A stretch of DNA of 64,000 nt from Candidatus Nanohalarchaeota archaeon (GTDB lineage Archaea; Nanohalarchaeota; Nanosalinia; Nanosalinales; Nanosalinaceae), in contig JALDAJ010000001.1 in the NCBI GenBank assembly GCA_022729235.1, forward strand, positions 928,001-992,000, in the 5' to 3' direction. Below the pieces are notes generated by a model that had not been told where the DNA came from, did no database searches, and was given only the letters and a program-made list of their open reading frames with translations. The position numbers and the translations under genes were made by a program. The number at the start of each line of letters is the position of its first letter. Position 1 is the first letter of the stretch. Shown in pieces: positions 1-9,868 of the stretch.

Positions 1-190
1 GGAAATGGTAGTACGCTTTCTGCTTGCTGATACCGAGTTTTGAGGCTACCTCTGCAGGATATGCAGGTTCTTCTGACAGCATCTCCATTATCTTTCTCCG
101 GGTCTCATCTGTCATCGCCTTTATCTTATCACAGTCAAGCTTATCCGCATCAACGACTTCATCCCTGTGGCGTCTGATAAACTCTGGCAT
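1..190 (-). CDS. ArsR-type HTH transcriptional regulator, 5' part (runs off window start)
   Basis: Manual translation from ATG at 190: MPEFIRRHRDEVVDADKLDCDKIKAMTDETRRKIMEMLSEEPAYPAEVASKLGISKQKAYYHF; pattern DETRRKI-L...E+A-KLG+S+Q--YYH is ArsR-like. Confidence 0.7.
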   Translation of the reverse strand, partial: MPEFIRRHRDEVVDADKLDCDKIKAMTDETRRKIMEMLSEEPAYPAEVASKLGISKQKAYYHF

Positions 191-345
191 TAAAACAACT
201 ATTCAACCAGTAACATAAAAGTTTTACCGGTTGGAGACATATTAAAGAGGGTTAGCCGTGAATTATAAGAAATGTACAAAAACCAGTCAAAAAAGCCTGA
301 AACCGGATTTTTTATAATGTACAGGCGTTATTACAGACTGTAGCC

Positions 346-2076
346 ATGTGCGGTATAATAGGTTATTCTGGAGATGAAGAAGCAGCGGAAAAGGTCGTTG
401 AAGGTCTTAAGAAGCTGGAGTACCGCGGCTACGACTCTGCAGGAATAGCTACAGCCGGTAATCCTTCAGTAAAAGTAGAGAAAGATGTCGGAACAATCGA
501 TGAGGATCTTTCCCAGAACCTGGATGGAACAACAGGTATCGGACACACCCGCTGGGCGACACACGGCGAAGTAAATGAAATGAACGCCCATCCACACCTT
601 GACTGCGAGGGAAGAATCGCGGTCGTACACAACGGCATAATAAACAATCACCGTGAGCTGAAGGAAGAACTGGATAACCACGAGTTCAAATCGGATACGG
701 ATACAGAGGTTATACCGCACCTGATGGAAGAGAAACTTGAAGAGGAGGGAAAATCCCTGGAGGATGCGGCGGAAGATGTAATGGATATGCTTGAGGGCTC
801 ATACGCAGTTGTCGCCACCCTTGACACCGGAGAGATAGTTGCGTTCCGGCAGAACTCTCCTCTAGTTCTCGGGATTCAAGATAACCATCTCTTCATCGCG
901 TCGGATGTAACCCCGTTTCTTGAGTACACCGATCAGGGAATATTCCTTGAGAACGGCGATATAGCAGTGATAGATGGCGACTACAACATCTACAACGATG
1001 GAGAGCCGGTGGAGCGCGAGGTCAAAGAAATCAAGTGGGACGCGCAGGAAGCATCCAAGACAGGTCACGACCACTTCATGCAGAAAGAGATACTGGAACA
1101 GCCGAACACAATCAAACGTTCCGTGTTCCAGGACCGGTCAGAGCTTGAAGAGGCAGTGGAAATGATAGAAGATGCCGAAAACGTGTACCTGACCGCCTGC
1201 GGAACCGCGGGTATCGCCGCGTCACTCGGCGCGAAGTATCTACGGGAGGCAGGTCACTGCCCTGAAGCGGAGCTTTCGCACGAGATGGAGTACCGGACAG
1301 ATGAAATCGGGAAAGACGACCTAGTAATCGCAGTCAGTCAGAGCGGAGAAACTGCCGACCTTCTCTCCGTTCTGAGAGATGTAGACGCAGACGTACTTGG
1401 CATCGTGAACGTTGTAGGCTCAACTCTAGCCAGAGAAGCCGACCACACACTATTTGTCAACGCTGGACCAGAGATAGGGGTCGCATCTACCAAGGCATTC
1501 ACTGCGCAGGTATCGGTCTTGAAACTTCTGAAGTACGCGCTTGAAGGAGAAATAGAAGAAGGGAGAACATCGCTTCTTGAGACAGCTGATAAAGTAGAGG
1601 AAGTTATAGAGAAAAACAGGGAGACAGTTGAGGAAGTCAGCGAATACTTCACCGGAAAGGATGACGTATACTTTATAGGACGGAATAAAGGCTACGAGCT
1701 CGCACGTGAAGCTGCTCTCAAACTGAAAGAGCTTTCGTACATCCACGCGGAGGCGTTCCCAGGCGGCGAGTTCAAGCACGGGACTCTCGCGCTTGTAGAA
1801 GACGGTACTCCTGTCATGAGCTTTTTGAAAAGCGAGGGCTACGAGGACATACTAACCAACACAGCGGAAGCCAAGGGTCGGGGCGCGGATATAATCGCGG
1901 TCGGAAACGAAGCGCCTGAGGACGGTGTCGAGTACTTCATAGAGATCCCAGAAGACGATAACCCTGAGATCCTAGAAGTAGTTCCGTTCCAGATGCTAGC
2001 CTACAAAACCGCAGTCAAGCTCGGGAACAACCCCGACAAACCGAGGAATCTGGCGAAAAGCATCACTGTGAAATAG
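346..2076 (+). CDS. glmS: Glutamine--fructose-6-phosphate aminotransferase (isomerizing)
   Basis: N-terminal MCGIIG, LEYRGYDSAG, GHTRWATHG, SQSGET, C-terminal PRNLAKSITV. Confidence 0.97.
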   Translation: MCGIIGYSGDEEAAEKVVEGLKKLEYRGYDSAGIATAGNPSVKVEKDVGTIDEDLSQNLDGTTGIGHTRWATHGEVNEMNAHPHLDCEGRIAVVHNGIINNHRELKEELDNHEFKSDTDTEVIPHLMEEKLEEEGKSLEDAAEDVMDMLEGSYAVVATLDTGEIVAFRQNSPLVLGIQDNHLFIASDVTPFLEYTDQGIFLENGDIAVIDGDYNIYNDGEPVEREVKEIKWDAQEASKTGHDHFMQKEILEQPNTIKRSVFQDRSELEEAVEMIEDAENVYLTACGTAGIAASLGAKYLREAGHCPEAELSHEMEYRTDEIGKDDLVIAVSQSGETADLLSVLRDVDADVLGIVNVVGSTLAREADHTLFVNAGPEIGVASTKAFTAQVSVLKLLKYALEGEIEEGRTSLLETADKVEEVIEKNRETVEEVSEYFTGKDDVYFIGRNKGYELAREAALKLKELSYIHAEAFPGGEFKHGTLALVEDGTPVMSFLKSEGYEDILTNTAEAKGRGADIIAVGNEAPEDGVEYFIEIPEDDNPEILEVVPFQMLAYKTAVKLGNNPDKPRNLAKSITVK

Positions 2077-2079
2077 GCT

Positions 2080-2385
2080 TTATCCTTTCCCCGATTCTTC
2101 TCCTTCCCATATCTCCTCTTCGATGTCTTCTCCTTCATCGATCCTTTCAAGTATAGTCCTGAAGTAGTTGGGTGAGAACCAGGTCTGCTGCCTGTTCTCA
2201 AGCACAAACCGTTTACCTTGATCCGTGTCGACCACCCTTACCCTTGTCCTGGTCCTGTCCTCTATCTGGTCGACCCTCTGTCTGAGTTCTTCAAGCTCCT
2301 CCTGTGTCTTATCGATAAGCTCTATCAGGTCTCTGAGCGTGTAGTCTTCAGCCGTTTTCCCGCCTTCCTCAGCCATCTCATTCAC
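2080..2385 (-). CDS. Hypothetical acidic coiled-coil protein
   Basis: 101-aa acidic ORF filling the gap; no motif recognised. Confidence 0.6.
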   Translation of the reverse strand: MNEMAEEGGKTAEDYTLRDLIELIDKTQEELEELRQRVDQIEDRTRTRVRVVDTDQGKRFVLENRQQTWFSPNYFRTILERIDEGEDIEEEIWEGEESGKG

Positions 2386-2438
2386 CGGTTGAAGTAGCAG
2401 GTTGAGCGCTCTTAAACAAAACTGTAATTCATACCACT

Positions 2439-3065
2439 CTATTCCAGTATTTCACAACTGATATTCCTATCCTCAAGCTCAGTCTTCAGGGGCTGCGCGT
2501 TAAGATCATCGAAGAACGGCTCACCGTAGTGGTACGGCACAACCACATCCGGCTTTATCCTGACAGCTGCCTGGACTGCATCCTCTATATCCATGGTGTA
2601 TACTCCCTCGACAGGCAGGAATGCCATATCAACCCTATTCTCAAGCTCATAGAACTCATCTATCAGTCCTGTGTCTCCAGCGACATAGAACGCGTTTCCA
2701 GCCATTACAACCCGGTAACCAAGTCCTTCCTCTCTAGAGGGTTCATCGTTATACATCGGTATGCCCTCGATTTTTACACCGTAGATGTCAACGATTTCAC
2801 CCTCTTCAATAACTTCTACATCCATACAGGGAACATCCCTATCTGACATCGATTCCGGCAGAACTACACAGGTCCTATCTCCACATACATCTTTCAACTG
2901 CTCAGGGTCAAAATGTCCTTCATCATCGTGCGTTATCAATACTACATCCGCCTGGAAACCAGGAGAAACCTTTGAATACGGATCTACAGCGACCGTAAAA
3001 CCATCATCGACGAACCTCAATGATGCGTGTCCATCCCACCTGATTTCGATACTGTTGTACTCCAT
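2439..3065 (-). CDS. MBL-fold metallo-hydrolase
   Basis: GHAS, VDPY, LITHDDEGHFD (degenerate THxHxDH), AGDT, PYHYG. Start moved to ATG 3065 after AGGAG because the longer ORF overlaps the tRNA. Confidence 0.85.
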   Translation of the reverse strand: MEYNSIEIRWDGHASLRFVDDGFTVAVDPYSKVSPGFQADVVLITHDDEGHFDPEQLKDVCGDRTCVVLPESMSDRDVPCMDVEVIEEGEIVDIYGVKIEGIPMYNDEPSREEGLGYRVVMAGNAFYVAGDTGLIDEFYELENRVDMAFLPVEGVYTMDIEDAVQAAVRIKPDVVVPYHYGEPFFDDLNAQPLKTELEDRNISCEILE

Positions 3066-3203
3066 CTCCTGTAAAATCCGGGAGCAAGGAGTTTTAAATC
3101 GATTTCCCGGCAAAGAGATTGCAATTAAAAAGCTGTGTCCCAGCAAGTAAACATACTGAGCATGCAGGGTCGAAGACCTGGAAAGGTCTTCTGTACCAAC
3201 ATA

Positions 3204-3291
3204 TTTACCCCATGCGGGGGTAGCCAAGAATAGCTTGCCAACCCCCTCAAAAACAATAGGCAAGCCTTTACCCCATGCGGGGGTAGCCAAG
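3204..3291 (+). repeat. 25-bp direct repeat TTTACCCCATGCGGGGGTAGCCAAG (3204-3228 and 3267-3291) containing the first 15 nt of tRNA-Leu
   Basis: Exact match read in sequence, 63-bp period. Confidence 0.9.
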
Positions 3292-3435
3292 TGGTCAAAG
3301 GCGCAGCGTTGAGGTCCGGCTTTTCTTCCACAAGGAAGATGACCGGTCGAGAAAATCCTTGACTTTCGAAATGGGATTTTCGATTCAAATGCGCTGTCTC
3401 GTAGGAGTTCCGGGGTTCGAATCCTCGCCCCCGCA
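3277..3435 (+). tRNA. tRNA-Leu(GAG) with 76-nt intron at 37/38 (3315-3390)
   Basis: Acceptor GCGGGGG/CCCCCGC-A, anticodon stem CAGCG/CGCTG, loop TTGAGG|G, long variable arm, GGTTCGAATCC T-arm; TTGA/TCAA 4-bp helix flanked by 3-nt bulges (BHB-like). Confidence 0.92.
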
Positions 3436-3523
3436 TCCTTACTTTCAGTTCTATGCGGATAATTAGAGGGTTATTCCGGGCGAGAGACAACTTATTTATA
3501 TAGAATAGAGAAAGTGTGGAACA

Positions 3524-4672
3524 ATGGCACTAGAGTTCATGGATGTTCAGCAGAAGGATAACCAGCTTTACATGTTACTGATTACGATGTTTGCCACCGC
3601 GCTCGGAGTAGCGTGGGTAGGTCACCACTATGTTTCACTCCTGATAACCGGTGTTATCGGTCTTCTTATCGCGGTACACCTTCACAGGGAGAAGATGGAC
3701 TCCATGGATACTGTTGTCTGCCCGATAGGAGAGCACTGTTTCGACGTGATTACAAGTAAATACTCCGTGTTCCTTGGCGTCTCTGTCGAGGTCTACGGGA
3801 TACTGTACTACGGACTTATACTTACAGGATACCTTATCGCAACCTTATTCACTGTTCCAGCATGGTTCACATTCTTCCTGATTGGAAACACAGCAATCGC
3901 ACTACTGTTCTCAGCATACCTTACATGGATCCAGGCAGTCCCGCTTGGAAAATGGTGTATCTGGTGTGTTACCTCGGCACTGGCATGTGTAGCGATCTTT
4001 GCTTTCGCAGTACTTGGTCTCAGCATGCCTTTAGCTGAACTCCTGGCACAGTTCCAGGCTATCCCTCACGCGGTCTACGTATTCAGCATAGCGTTAGGAA
4101 TGGGTGCTGCGCTTTCAGGTGATGCACTCTTCCTCAAGTTCCTGAAAGACTTTGAGATGTCAGAGATGGGTTCCAAGGCTATTAACACGCTCTGGGAAGT
4201 TATGTGGGCGTCCATGGCATTCATTGTTCTCGGAGGGTTTGGTTACTTCTACGCCAATCCTTCACTCATCTATGAGCCAGCGAACATGGTATCCTTACTG
4301 GCTATCGGTATCCTGGTAGTCAACGGTAAACTACTCTACCTTTACGTATCCCACAACCTGACAGAGATAAGATTCAAGACTGGTGAGGAAGATGAAGAGA
4401 ACGTTGAACACGTGGAGGGACTCCCTGCGCACGTCAAGAAGACCCGGAGAAGAGCATTCATGCTCACAGGTATCTCTGGAGCATCGTGGTTAACAGTGTT
4501 CTTCCTGACATTTGCACAGATTCCAGGACAGTTTGCCGCAGTAAATATGCTGCTTTCAGCTTACCTGGCGATGATACTCATCGGTCTCTTTTCAGGGTTT
4601 TCAGCAGAGTTCGCCCTGAAGAAAAGCGCTCAGGGACAGCTGAAGTCAAGGATTCCTCTACTCTTCGACTGA
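3524..4672 (+). CDS. Vitamin K epoxide reductase (VKOR) family membrane protein with extra C-terminal TM domain
   Basis: Loop cysteines CPIGEHC, SKYSVFLG, redox motif WCIWC, multiple TM helices. Confidence 0.85.
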   Translation: MALEFMDVQQKDNQLYMLLITMFATALGVAWVGHHYVSLLITGVIGLLIAVHLHREKMDSMDTVVCPIGEHCFDVITSKYSVFLGVSVEVYGILYYGLILTGYLIATLFTVPAWFTFFLIGNTAIALLFSAYLTWIQAVPLGKWCIWCVTSALACVAIFAFAVLGLSMPLAELLAQFQAIPHAVYVFSIALGMGAALSGDALFLKFLKDFEMSEMGSKAINTLWEVMWASMAFIVLGGFGYFYANPSLIYEPANMVSLLAIGILVVNGKLLYLYVSHNLTEIRFKTGEEDEENVEHVEGLPAHVKKTRRRAFMLTGISGASWLTVFFLTFAQIPGQFAAVNMLLSAYLAMILIGLFSGFSAEFALKKSAQGQLKSRIPLLFD

Positions 4673-4737
4673 TGCATTCATAGAACTTTGAACGAGCTAC
4701 CAGAAGCTTCTAAAAGAAGCTTTAACACACCTATTTT

Positions 4738-5280
4738 ATGAGACGGGAGCTTGTAGCACGGTTCTTGGGAAAGGATATCGGGATAAACTATTCGGATAAA
4801 AGCGTTGTTTACTCTATACTCTCACTAAGGATTGTGATGGCATGGGTTTTCCTGCAGTCTGGAGTACAGAAACTTCTTGACCCTACATGGACTGCAGGAG
4901 GTTTCCTCGGAGGTATTTCCGAGACAAATCCCTTCACAGGTCTATGGACTCTTATGGCAGGAGCTCCCGCCGTTGATCCTCTAGTTGTCTACGGCCAGAT
5001 CTTTATCGGTCTTGGACTCCTATTTGGTGCATTCTTCAGGTTCTCCGCACTTATGGGTGGACTCCAGATGCTGCTTTTCTGGATGGCTTCACTTGAGGCA
5101 GGACTGCTTGCTGGACTGCCTGTAGCACATGGATATGTCATCAGCCAGCACATAGTGTACGCACTCATCCTGTTCGGGCTTGGCGCGTTTAATGCAGGAC
5201 GCATCTACGGTGTTGACAACTACCTGGAGGAGACAGAACTGGTGAGGAAAGTACCACAACTCAGGTACCTGCTGGGGTAA
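4738..5280 (+). CDS. DoxX/DoxD family membrane protein
   Basis: LRIVMAWVFLQSGVQKL, IGLGLLFG, AGRIYGVD. Confidence 0.85.
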   Translation: MRRELVARFLGKDIGINYSDKSVVYSILSLRIVMAWVFLQSGVQKLLDPTWTAGGFLGGISETNPFTGLWTLMAGAPAVDPLVVYGQIFIGLGLLFGAFFRFSALMGGLQMLLFWMASLEAGLLAGLPVAHGYVISQHIVYALILFGLGAFNAGRIYGVDNYLEETELVRKVPQLRYLLG

Positions 5281-5345
5281 AAAACCTTTGAAAGAGGAAC
5301 AAGTTTTTGACTTGCAGGAACGAAGTATAGCACAGGTGACCCAAA

Positions 5346-5543
5346 TTGTTTGACAGACTACAGAACGCTCTTGAAGAAAAAGGTGAAATCATGATCCGTT
5401 TCGACTCCGGTGAAACAGCTGAACTGCACCTACACAACACCGAGTTCCTGGACGACCCGATAATCAAGGTCGACGGCGGTGACGCGGTTCACTGGTTCAA
5501 CGCGGAGAAAGTAGAGAGCTACTGGATCCACGACGACTTCTGA
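5346..5543 (+). CDS. Small hypothetical protein
   Basis: TTG start after AGGTGA SD; acidic 65 aa; followed by T-rich tract. Confidence 0.7.
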   Translation: MFDRLQNALEEKGEIMIRFDSGETAELHLHNTEFLDDPIIKVDGGDAVHWFNAEKVESYWIHDDF

Positions 5544-5591
5544 ACTTCGTACTTCTTTCTTCTTATTCCTTATTTTTCTCTCAAGAAAAAG

Positions 5592-6143
5592 TTAGTTTCC
5601 TGCCGGTACTACTCTTCCCGACGCGATGTATCCACTGACTTCACGATCTCCAGGTCTTTCCTTATCAAGGTCCGGGACTCTTACAGGAGCTCCTGAACTT
5701 TCCAGCGCAGTTTCTATTCCCTGCCTGGCTTCTACAGGGATTTTTTCCATCACTTCTTTGAGGACTCCTGCATGTATCTCGGCTGATTCGTTGACCCGTG
5801 TCCTAACTTCCTGTCTATCATCTCTTGGCAGGTCTTCTGTTATTTCTTCCGCCTTAGACATCTGTTCTACGTACTCCTTCATCACCTTCTCAGTATCATC
5901 CGACCTGTTCATGTCCGAGAGTTCTCTTGCCTCAGCCAGTCTCTTCTCTGCGATATCCAGTCTTTTCTCAGCTTCAGCTTTATCTGAAAACGTGAAAGCA
6001 AGACTTACCGATTCTATTGCACGGTCTATACTGTATGTGATCGATCCCGGCAGTGACGATGGCTCCTGTAGAGAATCTGCAGGCTGGGCGAAGGCTACTG
6101 ATGTCATGACCAGTACTGCTGTAAATACTGCAAGAGCCCTCAT
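5592..6143 (-). CDS. Secreted helical protein, DUF5667-like
   Basis: Signal peptide; LPGSITYSIDRAIESVSLAFT...AEKRLAEA pattern. Confidence 0.7.
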   Translation of the reverse strand: MRALAVFTAVLVMTSVAFAQPADSLQEPSSLPGSITYSIDRAIESVSLAFTFSDKAEAEKRLDIAEKRLAEARELSDMNRSDDTEKVMKEYVEQMSKAEEITEDLPRDDRQEVRTRVNESAEIHAGVLKEVMEKIPVEARQGIETALESSGAPVRVPDLDKERPGDREVSGYIASGRVVPAGN

Positions 6144-6217
6144 AGAGCTTTCTTTGATTCTACAGTATTTAAAGCCGGGTCGTTTTTTTAAGACTCTGAA
6201 ACCGGTAAACTGTTATC

Positions 6218-7339
6218 GTGCGCAGAGATATCGACCTTGGAGATAGAAAAGTAACCCTTGTAGGGACAGCTCACATATCAGAAGAGAGCAGGAAAGAGGT
6301 TGAAGAAACGATAGAAGAAATAGAGCCAGATCTGGTAGGCGTAGAACTTGACGAGAAACGGTTTGAATCCCTGAACGACAGGGACGGATGGAAAGACCTT
6401 GACCTGGCAGAGGCTATCCGGGACGGCAAGGGATACCTTCTACTCATGAACCTTTTACTTGCAGTTTACCAGCGACGCCTAGGTCTTGAAGAGGGAATAG
6501 AGCCCGGAGAGGAACTGATGGCTGCAGTAGAGATGGCGGAGAATAATAATATAGATTATGCGTTAATCGACCGTGATATCTCGGAGACTTTTGAACGGTT
6601 GCGGGGTGAGATGACCCTGAAAGAGAAGCTATTTTTCCTCGCTGGTCTATCTCTCGGAACTGAAGACTATGAAATCGAGGAACTTAAAGAGACAAATATA
6701 CTTGACCAGCTGATGCGTGAACTGGAGGATGACTTTCCTTCCGTGAAACGCGTATTCCTTGATGAACGGAACGCATACATGGTTGAAAAACTGCTGGAAC
6801 GCGATTTTGACCATGCAGTGGTTGTTGTCGGAGCCGCTCACGTAGAAGGTATGTGTGAGATGATCCAGGACCGGGAAATAGAAGTCCCTACTACAAGCAA
6901 AAGTATTCCCTGGATGAAAATTTTCAAGTACGGCTTCCCACTGGCGATAATTGCGATGATAACATACACGTTCTACCAGATCGGGTTCTCCGCAGGCATC
7001 GGCGGGATACAGTTCTGGGTGCTTGCAAACGGTTTCCTTGCGATGATAGGTGCGATACTTGCTCGGTCACATATAGCGACCTGGATAACTTCTTTCCTAG
7101 TATCACCTATAACCTCGCTTTACCCGGTTGTAGGTGCAGGAATGGTAGCTGCCTACGTAGAGGGGAAAATTTATCCTCCCAAAGTAGAAGAGATGGAGCA
7201 ACTACCATACACCACCGAGTACCGGGACCTGTGGAACAACCAGGCAGGAAGGATACTTCTCACATTCTTCCTGGTCAGCATAGGAAGCTCTTTAGCAGCG
7301 TTCGCAGGCGCAGGATACATAGCATCAATCATACTTTGA
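6218..7339 (+). CDS. TraB/PrgY (pheromone-shutdown-like) family protein
   Basis: LVGTAHIS, VELD..R, PGEEL, IDRDI, DERNAYM, VVGAAH; C-terminal TM helices. Confidence 0.9.
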   Translation: MRRDIDLGDRKVTLVGTAHISEESRKEVEETIEEIEPDLVGVELDEKRFESLNDRDGWKDLDLAEAIRDGKGYLLLMNLLLAVYQRRLGLEEGIEPGEELMAAVEMAENNNIDYALIDRDISETFERLRGEMTLKEKLFFLAGLSLGTEDYEIEELKETNILDQLMRELEDDFPSVKRVFLDERNAYMVEKLLERDFDHAVVVVGAAHVEGMCEMIQDREIEVPTTSKSIPWMKIFKYGFPLAIIAMITYTFYQIGFSAGIGGIQFWVLANGFLAMIGAILARSHIATWITSFLVSPITSLYPVVGAGMVAAYVEGKIYPPKVEEMEQLPYTTEYRDLWNNQAGRILLTFFLVSIGSSLAAFAGAGYIASIIL

Positions 7340-7343
7340 ACCT

Positions 7344-7970
7344 CTAGTCCAGCATCCACTTCTCCTCCCATTCCTTTATGCGCTGGCGCCACTGATATTC
7401 AATGTCTTCCTCCTCTTCCTGACTGAGAAATGGCTCATCTCTAAGACGGTAACCGATAAAGACTCCTGCAACCATTCCGAGGAGGTGTGCCTCGTGCGCC
7501 ACACCGGTTGTAGCGGCTGAAAGACCGACCACATCGATGAATGCGTAAGCGATAAGTACCGACCACATCGGGGCGGGTACACCCAGCGCGAGACCTGGCT
7601 TCCGGGGACGGTAAACCGCTAGCGCAGCAAGTACACCCATGGCACCTCCAGAAGCCCCGATCACTGTGGTCTCTGGGAAGAAGATGAACGCGGACAGGTT
7701 GGCGATTACTGCGGATACAAAGAAAGTTTTCAGGAACATTCTTTGAGAGGTAAGTCTCTCGTATATCGAGCCGAACAGTGCGATGAAGAACGCGTTGTTG
7801 AACAGGTGCTCCATGCTACCGTGACCGAAGAACGACGTGAAGAACTTCCACCACGGCGACTCCGCAGCGTTAAAGCCAGGGTTGAAACCTGTAAACACCT
7901 GTCCCAGATAAACCACTAGAAACACGAACACCAGCTGCAGAGCCATGAAGTTGAATTTTTCTTCCGACAT
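7344..7970 (-). CDS. Rhomboid intramembrane serine protease
   Basis: HGSMEHLFNN, IGASGG, AHEAHLLG. Confidence 0.92.
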   Translation of the reverse strand: MSEEKFNFMALQLVFVFLVVYLGQVFTGFNPGFNAAESPWWKFFTSFFGHGSMEHLFNNAFFIALFGSIYERLTSQRMFLKTFFVSAVIANLSAFIFFPETTVIGASGGAMGVLAALAVYRPRKPGLALGVPAPMWSVLIAYAFIDVVGLSAATTGVAHEAHLLGMVAGVFIGYRLRDEPFLSQEEEEDIEYQWRQRIKEWEEKWMLD

Positions 7971-8063
7971 GTGAAGACTGGGTTCTTGGATACTTAACTA
8001 ACTTGAGTCGGAATAGGTGGCAGGAACAAACAAGTATTATTAAGGCTAGAGGAGTAGTCTTCC

Positions 8064-8708
8064 ATGTTTATGATCGAGGACTCCCTGAAATACTCTCTTA
8101 GAGGAGAGAATGTACTTGAAACGTACCTCATAGCGGGAGTAGTTATGATAGCCTCTATACTCATCATTCCGTTATTATTCTTCCTGGGTTATCTTCTCAG
8201 GATTGGAGAACAGTCCTCTCAGGGATCAGAAGACCTTGCGAAGTTCTCAGATTTCAAGCAGCTTTTTGTGGATGGGCTAAAATTCTTTGCAGTAGTAATA
8301 TCCTACCTAGTACTGGGATCGCTACTACTGTCTGCGGCAGGTTCTATGTACCCCGACGGCGCAGTTGTAACTCTTGCTTTAGCCCTCGGTATCATTGTCT
8401 ACCTCGCTTTTCTCCTCGCTATACCTATGGCTCTAATAGGTGTTGCCAGCGAAGGAACCCTGAAAGCAGCTTTCCGGAGAGAAAGTTTTGAATACATCCT
8501 GACCCGTTCTTACTGGGTTGCGGCATTCTCCGCACTCATGCTGAGTATCTTAGGGACAGTAGTTCTATTCATCATAGGATTTGTTCTGTCGATAACTGTC
8601 GTAGGAATCGTTCTCATACCTTTCCTCTGGATAGCCTGGAGCATCTACTTCTATATCTTCTTTTTCCGGGTATTTGGACTTGCCTACAGCGATATCACAG
8701 AAAACTGA
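8064..8708 (+). CDS. DUF4013-like membrane protein
   Basis: GYLLRI...F-D---LFVDGLK pattern, multiple TM helices. Confidence 0.75.
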   Translation: MFMIEDSLKYSLRGENVLETYLIAGVVMIASILIIPLLFFLGYLLRIGEQSSQGSEDLAKFSDFKQLFVDGLKFFAVVISYLVLGSLLLSAAGSMYPDGAVVTLALALGIIVYLAFLLAIPMALIGVASEGTLKAAFRRESFEYILTRSYWVAAFSALMLSILGTVVLFIIGFVLSITVVGIVLIPFLWIAWSIYFYIFFFRVFGLAYSDITEN

Positions 8709-8716
8709 TATCTTGA

Positions 8717-9166
8717 CTACCTATCAGAATATCCTATCTTGCTTGCCTCTTCTCTCATGAACTCTTCGACAAGCTCTGGCTTATGACCTGAAGCATCTAT
8801 AGTATCTTGGGCTGATGCCTCTGAGAACGTTTTGAGCCAGTCTTCAGACATGTCTTCATCCTTTGCAGCATAAACTACTCCTTCAATCTGCGCCCAGCAG
8901 ATAGCTGCCATACACATCGGACAGGGTTCGTGAGTCGTATACAGCCAGCAACCCTCGAGCGTGTGGCTGTCCAGTTCTTTGCATGCCTTTCTGATAGCGT
9001 TGATCTCAGAATGTCCCGTTGCATCGGGCTCCTGGAAAATCGTCCCGCCTGTCTTCACGATAACTTCTCCATCTTTCACAACGAGGGCGCCTACAGTATC
9101 ATATTCCTGTTCAAGACCAAATTCTATAGCCTCAATCATCAGGATGCTGCACGAGTCAGTCCACAA
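8717..9166 (-). CDS. Nucleoside/guanine deaminase (cytidine deaminase fold)
   Basis: HSEINAI, EPCPMC; start possibly ATG 9139. Confidence 0.9.
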   Translation of the reverse strand: MWTDSCSILMIEAIEFGLEQEYDTVGALVVKDGEVIVKTGGTIFQEPDATGHSEINAIRKACKELDSHTLEGCWLYTTHEPCPMCMAAICWAQIEGVVYAAKDEDMSEDWLKTFSEASAQDTIDASGHKPELVEEFMREEASKIGYSDR

Positions 9167-9217
9167 TGTGTGTTTCTAGGCTAAAAATATAAGCATTTAG
9201 CGAATAAGGAGTTTTGT

Positions 9218-9850
9218 ATGAGGATTATATCGCAACTACTAGGAAGTTCAAATGAACCTGACTTCTACGCTAACGAACCGCAAATTGATGATAGAACTGT
9301 TGACACGTTATGGGAGCTTATATATCAGGGGGACGGCCTAAATAGGATTGAACTTCATGGTTTGACCTTTCTTTCGAACGTCTACTTTGTTGAAAACGAC
9401 TTGGAACAGCTTGATGCCGAGTGGGAGCCCGACTACCATGGAGTCTCCTCAGAGGATGTTGACACAGCACTTCAATCGGAGGACCTAGCTGGAGATCCCG
9501 ATATGGAGGGTGAAGGGATAACTTTCGATAATAACCTATTGTTCGAATTTAACACGGACGTAAAAAAACAGGTTAAACCGGAAATAGAATCAGCAGCACA
9601 TACCGTCTTGGATGAAACAGACTACTATGTTGAAAGGGAACTCCAAGCCAACACTGCTTCAGGAGTTCCAGGGTTTTTTGACATTCTATTTCCGCGTTAC
9701 GATGAGAGATACGTTGACAAAAACGGAGATGGCTGGTTACAAAATCATCCCGCCCGTGAAGCAACGGGTTTCGGAGAGAAAGTTGACTTTGAAAGATATA
9801 GACGAGGTATCAACTATAACGCTATAACTCCTACTTTCAGTTCAGAATAG
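9218..9850 (+). CDS. Hypothetical protein, possible SocA/Panacea (DUF4065)-like
   Basis: LHGLTFLSNVYF...W.PDYHGVSSEDV and C-terminal GEKVDF resemble Panacea motifs; weak. Confidence 0.45.
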   Translation: MRIISQLLGSSNEPDFYANEPQIDDRTVDTLWELIYQGDGLNRIELHGLTFLSNVYFVENDLEQLDAEWEPDYHGVSSEDVDTALQSEDLAGDPDMEGEGITFDNNLLFEFNTDVKKQVKPEIESAAHTVLDETDYYVERELQANTASGVPGFFDILFPRYDERYVDKNGDGWLQNHPAREATGFGEKVDFERYRRGINYNAITPTFSSE

Positions 9851-9868
9851 ACCGATTATAAATCCCGT

